NCBI GenBank assembly: GCA_000708835.1
Contig: DF237062.1
Location: 1-64,000, forward strand
Direction: 5' to 3'
DNA length: 64,000 nucleotides
Origin: Klebsormidium nitens
Lineage: Eukaryota; Plantae; Klebsormidiophyceae
Position numbers and translations under genes: made by a program. The notes under the pieces were generated by a model. It saw nothing but the letters and a program-made list of their open reading frames with translations. It made no database searches and had not been told where the DNA came from. Of this stretch, positions 48,633 to 61,243 are shown one piece after another (the stretch's first letter is position 1; every line of letters begins with the position of its first letter).

Positions 48633-51600
48633 TTAATAATAAGACCTGCCGTAACCCATGTAATGGTTCCTGGGTGGATAGTTGCTCTCCATTCTGAAGT
48701 TGAACCGAGGCTCCGCCCGAGGCTCGGGTCTACTTTCGTATGGGGCTGGTTGCCCTGAAAACCCGAACACTGCTACATGACCTGGGGTTGACCTGTCCGA
48801 GTCGTGGTATTCAGCATACGCAATCAGATTTTCTGACGGATGCCAAGCGAGGCTCTGCGTCCCCGGCAGCTTGTAGAGGGGTTTGGCGGTCTCCAACTCG
48901 CTCTGCAAAAAAAGGGGCGGCGAACCATCAACCAGAGCAGAACGAAACTATATCTTCAATACGAAAGTGTCATGAACATGTCCTGAACTCACCAAATTTA
49001 TGCATTTTCCCCTAACGCCAAAGCCATCCAGCATTGGGCAATGCTGCGGTGCTCACAATGACAGAGACCGAGTCCGGAAAGCAATGATTCCTCTGAAACA
49101 ATCATCCACATGGACAGGTGTAGCTTACCGTGGATCAACAGCTGATCTGGCCAGTTCACTCAGCCTCTTATTCGTACCCTTCAAATGAGCAGTCGTGCCT
49201 TTCTTTCCTGCCGTATTACTGCCACCACGATACCACTGGTGGCAAAGCAACTGCTTAACGGCGACCCTTTTTTGCGTTTGGAACTGCTGACCGACTTGCA
49301 ATAACCATCCTACAGAACTGAGAATTCGGTGTAGCCGAAATCCAGGCAAGATGGCAGCTCACCACCAGAATGAATGACTCGGCTCCGGATGCCACGTACT
49401 TGCCGTCGGGACTGATCTTAATCGATCTGATGTTGTACCTGAACAAACCGCGTCTCTCAATCAGGACGCGCTTGACACGTGGCACCAAAACACGGATCTG
49501 GTGCCCCTGAGCCTCGCGCTCAACCTCCGCAACCTCCAAGCCCACACCAAATATATATCCGCAACCCACACATGACTATAAGCCTTTTCACTGAACCAGC
49601 AAAGTGTCAACCGTGCCCCGTAACTGTCCGTAGGGGGATCATTTCTTCCCTTTGGACACGTCCCACATGCTTCGAACCTCACGTCGGCCACCCCGCAGCT
49701 GAAACTTCCGAGTAAATCATGTTCAAACTTTCGCCATCTGCCGCATGACTATTACCAGCACTCACTCGTGCTCTGTGATGGTCCGGAGGCAGATCATTTC
49801 GGACAGGTCCCATATGCTGACTCCAGGCCCAAAGCCCCGGAAACCTGAAATCAGATCTCAGATCCGACCAAAGAAGTAGAATCCATCACCCTGAAACCAG
49901 CGAAGACTCACTCGTGCTCCGTGATGGTCCGTAGGCAGATCATTTCCGACAGGTCCCATATGCTGACCAGGCCGTCATTGCCCCCAATGGCCATGTGCCG
50001 CCCCGCCTTGTCGCCCGCGATCGCATAGATGCTGCCCGTGTGCGCCGTCACCGTGTCGACTTGCGCGAGGGACGGGTAAGCAAAAACGTCCACCGAACCT
50101 GCGGACGAACGGGGCACGACGTCGCGAGACGGATGTTTCGGCTCTTTCCTGACGTCATCGATGATAGGTCTCGACAGGGGGTTGGCGACCTTCTAAAAGA
50201 AGAAGCCCGGTTTTGGAGGCCACTTTCGGGAGGACAGGGTGCAAGTAACGAGTACGCAAAGCCGTCGACTGAGTCAGCGGACGACCGCACAGAATAACTG
50301 GCCTCTTCCTCTGCATTTGAACAGTATTGAGCGTTTGCTCTGGGCTCTCGATCGTGGAAGGCGAATAGGATCCGCAGGTAAACGGGTAAAGAGGTAACGG
50401 GGTAACGGGGTAACGAGGTCCAAAAAGGTAATGCACAACGGAGAAGAGCGAAAGTAAGGAACAAGAGAGGGAACGAAAGGCAAACCAAGGGACCAAGCAG
50501 AGACATGCGAAGGCATACCGTCATTAACGCTTTGAGCGAGCGCTCAGCAAGGACACAGTTTCTGAAACACTGCGCTTCTCCTGCGGGGTCATTTCGACAA
50601 GGATCCGCCCTATAGTGGCGTACGGTCCTCCTCCGTGAAAATTGCAAGTCCCGTTTCTATAAAGATCAAGCAAAGACAGTAACCGGTCGGAGCTTGGAAT
50701 CCAAAGAGGGGAGTCCTAGTATAAGTGAGCCAGGATCTATGAAAGACGGGGCTTACCATAGCCGTTCACGACGAGGAAGAGGTCGCCTGTCCTATCCCAC
50801 ATGAACTCGTTTGCCTAGCAGGAGAGGCGCACAGTCTGTGAGAAGATGGAATTCACAGCAACGGGCTCGGAAACACACAAGGCCCCACCTCGGCGACGAC
50901 TGTAGCTGCTCGTATGACAATCTGAGCTCCGAGCACTTCTTTAATACTGGTGCGCCCCGTTTTGGACGGCTTTAAATTCGGACGGGCAAACCCGGCTTTC
51001 AAGTTTGAACCTCATAGAACCAATCTGCGGCTGCTCGAGCGCGTCGGCTTTCGACGCCCATTAAAAGCACCATCAGGAGACGAGCCGCGCGCGACAAATT
51101 CTACACACGCATGCTTGCGGCCGCAGACTGGATCAGATAGCCCAAAATTGAAACCCGGGTTTGCCCGTCCAAATAAAAATCGCCCAGAATAGGGCGACCA
51201 GTCTGTCCCGTCAAGCATTGGACAATGCCAAGCCCCTTGAGAGCAAGCGATGGTGTTTGAGCTACACAACGCTGTTGTATGGTGACCAAAAATCAGGTGG
51301 CGAGTACCGGCAGGTGACATCAGATAAGATTAAGGAAAGGCTGTCGCTGTTCTTCACAGCATGTTTAGTCAGAAGCACCCAAGTGGATCAAACCTGGAGA
51401 ACCTCCTGCACATTAGCATAGAATATCGAGCGCGGTTGCCAGGTGTGCACGAGCGGAAGCAAGGAAGTGCACCGTGGGGCGGATCGGGAAAAAGACACTA
51501 CGCTCCGCAAGACGAAAGGTGCTTTCTCACCTCTGATTTCCACTGCCGGGACTCGACGGTCCTGAACTTCCGAGTGTCGATGAAAGAGATGACGTCCTTC

Positions 51601-54411
51601 TGAGCAGGCAACAGCAAAAATAGGACGTCAACGATTGCCCAGCTTTATTATCTGAAGGGGACTCTCCCGGACGCTTTTGTGCATTGTTACTCGTATCAGA
51701 GACGGCTGTCACGAGGGCTGTTACTAACTTGGATACAATCTCGGTCTGTCTCGACATTCAAAATTGAGACGTCAACTCGAAGGTAGAAACATACAGACGT
51801 GCGAGCTGCTATAGAGCAGAATGCCCCGGTTGTTGCTGCGCAACCGGGCAGCGCTGGTGATAATCAAAACAAGTCGAGTCAAGCAAAACCATGACGCGCG
51901 TCGTTGAGGACGTGTTGCCTTCAGTGAAATCATTATGTTACTTGGGAGGTCTTGGCACCCTAAAGTCAGCCTTTGCTAAGACCGCTCAGAATGGAACACT
52001 TCTGCTCAAAATTAGTCATTGTGATGCGTCAAACGTCCATGCCGGCTATGAACTGTTTGCTTCACGGCACAACGCTTGAAACGACATTTTTGTCTCGCGC
52101 AAGAGCACGAAAACACGGCGGACGGCGTCGAAGCTTACGCTGTCGCCAACGGCCAGGTGCGTTCCATCCGGCCGGTAGGCCAAGTTTATGCAGCCGTTGC
52201 CAAGATTAAGGTCCTGTATGCACTTGCCACCTGGCAGAAGGAGAGAGCGCAATGAGTGAAAAGCCACGGTCAAAAGTCGCAGGGGCTTTGTCAAATTGAG
52301 TAGCATGTGAAGTGAGTAAAAGTGGACTTGTGTTGAACTCGAGGCGGAGTATTCATAGTATGACGACGGAAAGAAGGGGGGATAGTACTGACCAGGCGAA
52401 AATGCAGGTTATGAAAGGGGGCAGCAAAAGTTCTGAAGACAATCATATGCTTGAGTGGGACATCTTCGACAGCGACTTTTCCCCGACTCTCTTGTAGCCA
52501 CTTTCGATCCAGGTGGAAGGCAAAAGTTGCTGGATATTCGAGATTGAGGTCAGGTGAAAAGGCAGAACCAAGTCCCCATACCAGATCTCCATATGCACTG
52601 CCTCGAACAACCATCGCCGTAATCAACAATTTCGATCAGAGCTATGTGCGTACCTCCAAACTTGCGTACCCATCAGAACATAGAATAGGCAACCTCTATC
52701 CTGCACGCTCCAACTGGTACGCACATAGGAAGGGAAGGCAATGCAAGTACCCGGGCCGCAGATGCTGACTACCAGGTTTCCAGTATCAGTTGACACTCAT
52801 CGACTGGATTCGAGTAGACCACACCCTGACCTAGCCCGTCTGTCCTCCTCATGCACAGCCTTAAAAGACCTTCACTGTTGCTCTAAGATCGATCAGAGAG
52901 GGTCGACTCACTTCGCGTGTCCCACACTCTGACGTAGCCGTCAGCCCCGATGCTGGCGACCTTGTCATGGTGGGTGGGGTCCCAGGCTACCTGGATGGAC
53001 GCCTCTTTATGCCCCACTAGCTCCTGATTTCGCTTGAAGTTCTGCACCAGAGAAAAGGAGCGAACTATGTAAATGTGACGTGTAATCAATCGCCTGTGTT
53101 TCTGGAGGTCAAGTTCTGCAACATGAGGGCTTTGTGCTCCCAAGAATCAGAGTTGAACATTGCGCCATGCAGAAGGCATTAGAACCAAGGGAAGTTTGCT
53201 TGCAGAAAGAAGAGGCGCTATCTGATGGCCAGATCGAGAATATCAGATCCAGAGTCCAGAAACTTTAGAGACTGGTTCAGCTTTGATTACATAGCCAGAC
53301 AACTCCAGCCGGACAATAGGCACACTGATTGCATGACCCAGCCTTTCTACCAGACCAGAAGCAGGCAGACCTTGAATTGAAACTGCGGAAAAGGAAACAC
53401 CACACGCGTTAGTCAAGCAAGCCTCCAAGACGAGGAAACAGGAGCTACTCAGATGAAAAACTGGTCGATGATGCTCTTGGCAATGGCAGTAAGAAAGTGC
53501 GGCACTCACGAAGCTTCCGCTCTCCAGGTGCCAGATCCGCACGGTAGTGTCGTACGAGGTCGATGCGAGCTTCCTTCCATCACCACTCCAGGCCACCCCT
53601 TGACACTGTGGATGTACGGTGTTGAGTTCCAGAATTAGAAACTCAATGGACAAGCGTTTCATAAGCTTGGGGAACCAACAAGAACGTAAGGGCAGTGGTG
53701 GGAAGTAAATTTGGGGCTTCTGCATTACTCTGCGTGGTATTCCCCCATCCACTTGTTCGCTATCGTGACAGGATTGCTGTTGCACAATATGATGGAAGAG
53801 AAAAGTTTTTTGGGCCTTGTCGACTATGCAAATCTTTCCAACTCAACTCCGTCACACGAGTATAATCGACAAGGTTGCCCCCTAGTTGCTGAAAATGCTT
53901 CAAGACAGGAACAGCAAGCCCTTCCTTGGGGGGGGGACATCGTAGAGCAGAACACTGACTGTGCCCTGCTGGTGGTCACTTTCCCACATTGTCATAAATG
54001 TTGAGCTTTTTCTATCCAAATATAGGCTACTGAAGCACTCCGGCTTTGCGAAAGCAAGTGTCTCATTTGTGTTTCACCCCACACTCTCGAGAAGTATGGC
54101 TCTTCGGTCCAATCACCATAAAGAAGCGGGTCTTTACTCTCAGAAGAAAATTGACTTGACGGTTACATATTTGATAGGAGAGAGTTAAGGCCTTACTGCA
54201 TTGCAATAATGATGAGGAACCTTTCACCCAATTCAAATTGCGAGCAATGTCCAGATGTGGTGGTGGCTTTGATGTACTTTGAAAGATCATCAGACGCACG
54301 CAGGAATTTGCAGCTTACCTGTTTCCGATGACCTCTCAGCTCAACGGTGCGCGCATTGCCCTTAAATAAGTTGTTTTCTGGGTCAAGTGGCCCAAATCCA
54401 CGGCTGTCCAT
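48633..54411 (-). CDS. THOC3: WD40 protein, THO complex subunit 3 (TEX1)
   Basis: Exons 54411-54319 (ELRGHRKQ), 53605-53510 (VAWSGDGRKLASTSYDTTVRIW), 53041-52912, 52230-52139, 51599-51531 (DVISFIDTRK), 50814-50757, 50098-49912 (AHTGSIYAI..MAIGGNDGLVSIWDLSEMICLRT), 49438-49363, 48902-48633 (SLAWHP..AY). The motif order matches THOC3. Confidence 0.88.
49760..49973 (-). repeat. 146-bp-period duplication of a THOC3 exon 3' end plus donor
   Basis: CTCACTCGTGCTC(T/C)GTGATGGTCCG(G/T)AGGCAGATCATTTC..CCATATGCTGAC occurs at ~49761 and ~49907. Confidence 0.95.
50946..51202. mobile_element. ~257-bp MITE-like element with imperfect terminal inverted repeats in a THOC3 intron
   Basis: GGACGGGCAAACCCGGCTTTCAAGTTT (50980-51006) is the near-perfect reverse complement of AAATTGAAACCCGGGTTTGCCCGTCC (51145-51170). 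The outer ends ACTGGTGCGCC / GGCGACCAGT also pair. No clear target-site duplication was seen. Confidence 0.75.
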
Positions 54412-54899
54412 AGAGTGCCGGTGCGCATCAACATCTAGTGGAGTCAAACCTCACCATCCGTGCCTTGTTTTCATATGCAAAATACGCACAGCCATCTTCA
54501 ATGGGCGATGCTCTAGCCTTTAGGTAAACCTGCGCCAGAGCTGGCGAAACACCTCGACTACCTTTTCAGGCCTCTACAGATGTGAGCCGAAGTCAGCTAG
54601 GATTTTGTGCATGATCGTCTCGTCCCCCAATCCGACTTTATAATGATCGAGAAATGACGATGATATTAGTACTAGGAATTGTCACTCTTATAGAAGTTGC
54701 CAGAGTTCAAGTTGCTAGTTGCAGAATGAAAAACGGCATATTAGACTTTTATCGACCAACTCAATTCTGCGAGTGCATGCGAGCTCGTATAGGGTATCTT
54801 GCAAGCGGATTTCTGAGTTCTTGACCAATATGCTACATGCTGACATTCATTGCTTGCTGGGCCACAATCTCGGAGTCGAAGCAGCAGGGGCTTCAACTT

Positions 54900-55455
54900 A
54901 TAACCATGATTCAACTCCGGAATTTCCCAACTCCAGATTTTTGCATCAATTTACCGTACGAGGACGCGCGAAAAGTTGCTTCTACCGGGCTATATGCCAG
55001 CGGACGACTCGTCGTGCACTCAAGTCACGACTGAGACACTTCTTGACCTAACCTATCCTCTAACGGACTAGATAACCGGTCGTGCAATTGGTCTCGGGAG
55101 GCGAACCCCGAGCTCGTGAAAGCCACTATCTCAGTCTATCCGTTCTTTCTTGGCGGCCGGACCCCCCTGTCCCGGGTCCGGTTTGGAAATCCTAACATGG
55201 CCAATGCACAAGTTGTAACCGGACTCCGGTGACCAAGCCCCGGGCCAAGGTCCAACCGGCCCGAGTACTCCGGCCGCCTTCATTAATATGCCGGGGCTAG
55301 GCCAGGGCTGCAGCTGCTCCACAATGTAGCCCGGGTGATCCCGCCAGCACAGAGGTGGTGGAGTACCGGGAGGGACCGGAATTTGGATTCCTCATCGATG
55401 AATGACAGTCGAAAATATCGGAGTTGGCAAAATCCGGAGTAGAATTCATGGTTAT
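54900..55455. mobile_element. 556-bp non-autonomous TIR element (hAT-like by its 8-bp TSD)
   Basis: Left end ATAACCATGATTCAACTCCGGAATTTCCCAACTCC pairs with right end GGAGTTGGCAAAATCCGGAGTAGAATTCATGGTTAT. The flanks are TTCAACTT (54892-54899) and CTCAACTT (55456-55463). There is no transposase ORF. Confidence 0.75.
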
Positions 55456-55640
55456 CTCAACTTCACGTTCAAATCAGGGTGAAGCCTCAGCCTCAGGAAG
55501 GCAAATTCAAATTGGTATCTGGGGCGTCAAACAAGCGTAGAAGGCCTTCGGATTTTGGTCAGAGCTTCCAGTGCCACGTGAAAGGAAGCCTTTAACACAG
55601 AGATTACGCATCCTCAGGGAAGCGGGCTCCATCTGCAGTC

Positions 55641-56348
55641 ATGCTCGGTCCAGCCAAGATCCTGCCAGGCCTTATTGGCTCCTTCGCATTTGCAGGGGTG
55701 TTTTGGCATCTCACCAGAAATGTGAAGATCTTTGGGGGTGAGGATTCTTCCTTGAACAACATATATGTATCCTAGCTTGGATATTTGAGGTGGCATTTAT
55801 TTGCCTCAGTTTGTCATTGTGAAGGTGCGATGCATGTAAAGGTATGCAGCGCACAATCAAGGATACCCTGAAGTTGTCCAACGCTGAAGAGATGCGGCAA
55901 AGTGTCTACCTGCAACAACTTATCAAAGTTTGCGAGCTCTTGCTCTATGTTTCTTCGGGTGCTTTATTGACATCAATAAGCCAGGGCCTTTCCTTGATCA
56001 CCACAAAGGAGAGGACTCGTTCATTTTCTGCTGGTTTCCAATGTTTGTTTGCATCCATTCACCGCTTGCTCAGCCTGGCGCTCTGCCTAGCGAGTGTTGC
56101 TCTGCAAGCACAGCAAAGCCTGGCAGTATTGTTTCTGGTGGCATGCCCAATGACCAACAATGATTAGTTTCAAAGGAGCCGCTCCTCAACCAAGATCATT
56201 TTTGGCAGGTACTATTCCTCACACAAACACAAAAGAATGGGCAGCCGAGACGGAAAGGCGCATTGATCATGGCTGGACAAGAGAGGGCGGACCTCCCACT
56301 GTCCTCAACCCCATCTCACGGCAGAATTACAAGCTGAACATCGACTAG
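55641..56348 (+). CDS. COX4: DUF1138/OZI1-family protein, the plant cytochrome c oxidase subunit 4 (COX-X2); 78 aa
   Basis: Exons 55641-55737 (MLGPAKILPGLIGSFAFAGVFWHLTRNVKIFG) and 56209-56348 (GTIPHTNTKEWAAETERRIDHGWTREGGPPTVLNPISRQNY). This matches the recalled family pattern GSF..KIFGGT.P..KEW.E..W.R..GPPVVMNPISRQNF. Confidence 0.85.
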
Positions 56349-57651
56349 ACATGAACTTGTGAGATCATTGCACATGACAGTTACTTAATACTTAGAGACC
56401 TAGCCATGTTTGGTAGCTGAGTTGGTCACACCAAATGAAGAGGTTGTGCCGAGTTTATTTCTGGAGGCTGGCATGACACTTTGTGACGCTGTAAGTTTCA
56501 TACATCTGCTGAAAATCTTTTCAGCATTTTACCAAACAAGCTCGCAGTATCATTTTTTTCTTCTTCCTAGGCCCAGGGTCTGTGCTTCCCATCGTTGACA
56601 GCACCCTGGTAATTGTCTGATGCCACCCTTCCAACAAAGAAAGGATGTCTTAGAGTTGGATCTGAAGATGTTGTCGTAGCTTCACTTAGAGCCTTCAACG
56701 ATTGCAACTGAAGGCAGAAAGGAGCTTAAAGAGGGCGTCTACCCACGTGGTGCTCCGGCGGTCCCTTCGCAGCAACTCCGCATCTTGTGTCGCCAAAAAA
56801 TTGGTCACGTGTACCAAAATTAGCGACCAAACCACTGGCATACGGGCCAGCTGGTCGCCGAGGCGTTCCGGGTCTCAGGACGCTTCCTTTAAGGCAGATA
56901 TTTAGGCGGCCCTTGGTGGCCCCATGGACATTGAGAGTTTCACGGTGATATATGTTATGCAAGGATATGCGTCAGAACTAAGCACACAGCCGCCTAAGGT
57001 GAACGTGCGATGGAAGGATGTGCAATTGTGTACGTTATATGCAAGTGCAAAACTGGTCGGAGTTTGTTGCAAGTTAAGTGTGTGTATGCTCGCGAGGCCG
57101 GCTTAATTGCAATGGCCCTCCGAGAAAGCTCTATTTGCTGATGCGTAATACCATCACTGAGCTATATACAAGCAATGATGTACGTTGAACTCATTGAAAG
57201 ACAAAAACAGGGCACTGAGCAGCCATGCCCCATGCAAGTGTGTGTGCAATTTAAATCGAACATCCGCAAGGTGCATACAAGTTTCGCCTCTCGAAATAAC
57301 TTGACTTTGAATCCGTGGGTCGTGGTTTTCAAATTGCAGAAATTTCGCACATGTCACTCAATGACAACCAACGCTCATGATCACCCACAAACCGCAATTG
57401 AATGGCGATGGCATGCCACATCACGCACATCTACTGCAGCGGCATGTTGTGTGGTCAACAAGCTCCACGATTTTGTGGCGTACAAGTGACCAATGCGTGC
57501 AGGCACTTGTACACATGGATGATGGACCTGCTAGTTGTATCTCTATGAAGGTGAAACATATGGTGACCTGTCTTTGCCTACATGCTGTCGTCAAGTGTAC
57601 GAATCGATTTCTGAAACAGGCTACGAGTCCATACTTCTTCACAAGTATTGT

Positions 57652-60600
57652 CTACATATACATAAACTGACCTTCTCGCACAGCATTCTCAGCCCCCCTC
57701 CGATCCTCCTCCTCTTCCTTCTCCCGCTCTTTCCGCCGTTCGTACTGCAGGACGAAAAGACACAGGAACTTTTCCACGGACTCTGGACAGCAAGAACGAA
57801 AACACGGGCAACGCTTGGCTCCCCATCGAGAACCAGTATTCACTTGGGTCCCGAGCTTCTAGGCAGAGCATGATCCAAGGTATACAGAAAGGCAGCTCGT
57901 TTCCGCTTTTCAACTTGGGAACCGGTTGACATAGATAAGTCCTCGCACCCGTCAGCGCCCCGACGGCCCCTCACCTCGTTATCGTCGGTCCGCAGTTCGA
58001 ACCGGCAGATTGGGCACGAGTTGTTCTCCTCCAACCACGGCGCGAGGCAGGGCGGGTGGAACAGGTGATTGCAAGGCATCTGCTGAACTTTGTCCCCAAC
58101 GACGAGGTCTTCCCGGCAAACGGCGCACTGGGTGCCCGCTCCAAACTGCCTCAGCTTGGCTTCGTCCACGTCCATGACAGGAAGTCGCTCGACCTGAAGC
58201 GAACAGGGTCAGTGTAAAGACATGGAGCTGTGTTTGAGATCTACACGGAAAATGGTGTAGTGAGGATATTCAGAAGGGCCAACTTGAGGCAATTGCTGTA
58301 ATGCGGAGATGAGGACGCGATTGAAGGTGCGGGCTGAATGAGATGGGACTGAAGCACGTGATCATGCGGTGTGAACATGCAACGACTTCGACGAATCTTC
58401 TTGTTTGGCAAGGCTTGAGCTTCCTTGACCTTAAAGTCACCTCAAGTCAACACGCCCGTAAGACGAGCCAGCAAAGCAACGAACTAATACGATCCCGTTT
58501 CGCTGAATCCGCTGGCTCTGAGCAATTCTTCCAGACGGGCTGAGATACTTCCATAGCAGGGAGGGTAGAAATTGCGGAGGAGTGCCCGTCATTGGAGAAG
58601 ATACAACAAAGTTTTTGGTACAGGCAGTCAGGCGTTGGACAATCACAAAGCTGTGGCAACAGCAGTTCCCCCTCACGTTCGGAAGCAACTGCTCTTACGC
58701 ATTATGCTGCCCTGCACTCCCACCCCTTGCCACTGCGACAAAGTAGGACACCAAGGAGAAGGCACCAAACTTTGCTTCATGCAATGCACCCTGCTGTCCA
58801 AATGCAGCAGACGATGGTTCTCCTACAATCGTAACTCATCTGCCCAGCACCGTCACACCCACCTCATCCTTGGCCGCCGCTGGCCGCTGCTTGGAGCGCT
58901 GGCCCGCATCCTCCAGACTGGCCTGCAGGGCCTCCTCAAGCCCCGGGAACACCGCTGCGTTCCCTGCGTGCAGCATCTCTTGCAGCCGCTGCAGCGCTCC
59001 TTGGATGCTTGGGCGGTCGAGCGGGGTGTCCCCTCGCAGCTGATCGAATAGCCCCCCATTAGGAGCACGGAGGGCCTCGGCCCACTCCGGCAGCTCCAAG
59101 ACGTCTTCCCGGTTGGTGGCCTCCTCAGGCGGCACTTGTCTATCGGTGCCGCCTTGAGCGGTCTGCTCTTCAGTTTGGGGGGTTTCAGAGCTACTTGAGG
59201 GTTGTGAGCTGTCCGTAGCAGGAGACTCGGAAGCTTGGTCTGTACTGGAGGGGCTCGTTCCTTGTCTAGTTTCGGCCGGGGTTTGCTGCTCGGCTGCGAT
59301 GGCAGGCTGATCTTCTTGGGACGTCGCTTCCGACGGGCTTCTTTCAACCTCATCAGCGGGCTCCATGGGGACGTCGTCTGGTTCGACCCCAATAAACTGT
59401 CCAAACATTGACGAGAATAGGGCCTGAGCGTCTGGCGCCCGCATGGGAGGCGGGTCCTGCGAGAGCTGCCCCTCGAAGAGAAAGCGGGGTTGTGGCGCGA
59501 AAGATGCTGCAGAAGAAAGAGAGCTGTCAGTCAAGGGTTCACTTGTGATGGAGCTGATGTGCAACTTCTTGTCAGCTGATCCACACGGGTAAAGTGCGAT
59601 TGCAAGCAGCTTCAAACACGCAGGGAACACCACAAAGGTCAGGGAGGAATGAAGTGGACATACCTACTCTCATGGCACCACACCACCATTGGAAGAGTGC
59701 ACCGCGGTTGGATATCCACCGCAAGCATAGCCAAAACACTAAGAGAACACGCACGGGCTCCTAACTTTCTGACCTCGAGCTTTGGGTATCCTGTTCCTTA
59801 CGAAAGTGAAAAAGAATGTAGATGATAGGCTGAGCTGCTTGCCTTCTGCTTGAACCGGCTCGTCCTCCCCCAGGAACTCGTGAGCTTTCGCCAGATACTT
59901 CTGCACCTTTTTCTTCTGATCTCCCATCTTTACAACTTGGGCGGCAGCCTCGAACAGCGTAGCTCCTGCAGTCCAGAACCCTGGCAGGAAAAACAAATGG
60001 TAAGAGTCCTGAGCGAGCCAACACTCATGGTCATGTTCACGACAGAAATTCAGTTCACCCTGGTATATGGCGCATGATCAGACAGATAACATCTCTCAAC
60101 AACAACCGACTGAGAAACATGACGGCGGCTTGAATAAGAGAGCCACAGCCTGAGCTAAACCCCGAGACATGAGGTGCACCAGGCGCCTTGACAAATAAAT
60201 TGACGGCGAAGGGCATGATTAGCGGAAGGCACAGCGCAAAAGTCACCTCTTGAAGAATCGCCACTGTATCGTGTCTGAAGCAACGTAGCCACTCGAGAAA
60301 CTGCCGTGTCGATCTGCGTGGGAAAACAACAATCAAAGCCATGATGAGCTGATCCCGATCAACACCATCACACTGTACCTTGCAACAGAAAGGACAACAC
60401 GTTTTCATTCTACTGGGAGACTCTTGATGTCTAACCGGCAAGCTCCCTTACGTTCCACTAATCATACACACATATCTGACAAAGAGCCCCAAAATCAAGA
60501 CATGTACTCACGGCGTTTCGTGCTTCAAGGTCAGCCACAAGATACTCGTTTGCAACAAGCATCGTAAGCTTCTTGACTGCATCCTCAAAGGTGGCTTTCT

Positions 60601-60652
60601 TGCCCAACTTTAGTTGCAGCTCCGCTGCCTCGTCCTTCACGGACAACTTCAT
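57652..60652 (-). CDS. AIP2: RING-H2 E3 ubiquitin ligase, AIP2-like
   Basis: Exons 60652-60512 (LGKKATFEDAV), 60313-60247 (VSRVATLLQTRY), 59980-59843 (GFWTAGATLF), 59506-58863 (FLFEGQL..LEEALQASL), 58193-57975 (CAVCREDL..MPCNHLFHPPCLAPWLEENNSCPICRFEL), 57744-57652 (KEREKEEEEDRRGAENAVREGQFMYM). Confidence 0.92.
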
Positions 60653-61243
60653 CGTTCACGCGGCTTCTGATGATGCAGGATCCTGAGGAACTTAGAAATC
60701 CTGCAGAGGCCCTCAGGCTCAATCAAAAAAGCATCTCAACCCGACAAGACTGAACAGCTGCGGCTCCTCTTGCCAAGTTGCTGATCAAAATTGGAGGGAG
60801 TGTCACGACACCAGCGAAGCAGAATTAGCCAATTGGGGGCTTCCTTCAAGTCCCACCACCACCTCGGTAAGTTTGTGTCCTTTACCAGCAGCATTTGGCC
60901 GTTGAATGTGCTTGGAAAGCGGATCGGACGGCTGGAAATAGTTGATACTTCAAAGTCTCTTGTAAGAGCCGGGAAGGCCCGGAAGCGAATCACACCACCA
61001 TAGAGACATTGCTCCAGGGGGCCGGGCCATTTGGCAAATGCACCCCCCACAAGGCTTGAAGGCCATGCGACAGCTAAGCGAAGTCTGAGATCAGCCCATG
61101 AGTCTGACAGTGAGAGTCGGACTCAGAGCTTCAAAGCAGCGCCTCAAACGCATCCTTCGATAAGGTGAGCGCTAGGACGTTGCTTTCACTGCTTCAATCG
61201 TCCAGAAAAAAGTGACTGGGGCATTCATACTCCTTGGGCGGCA

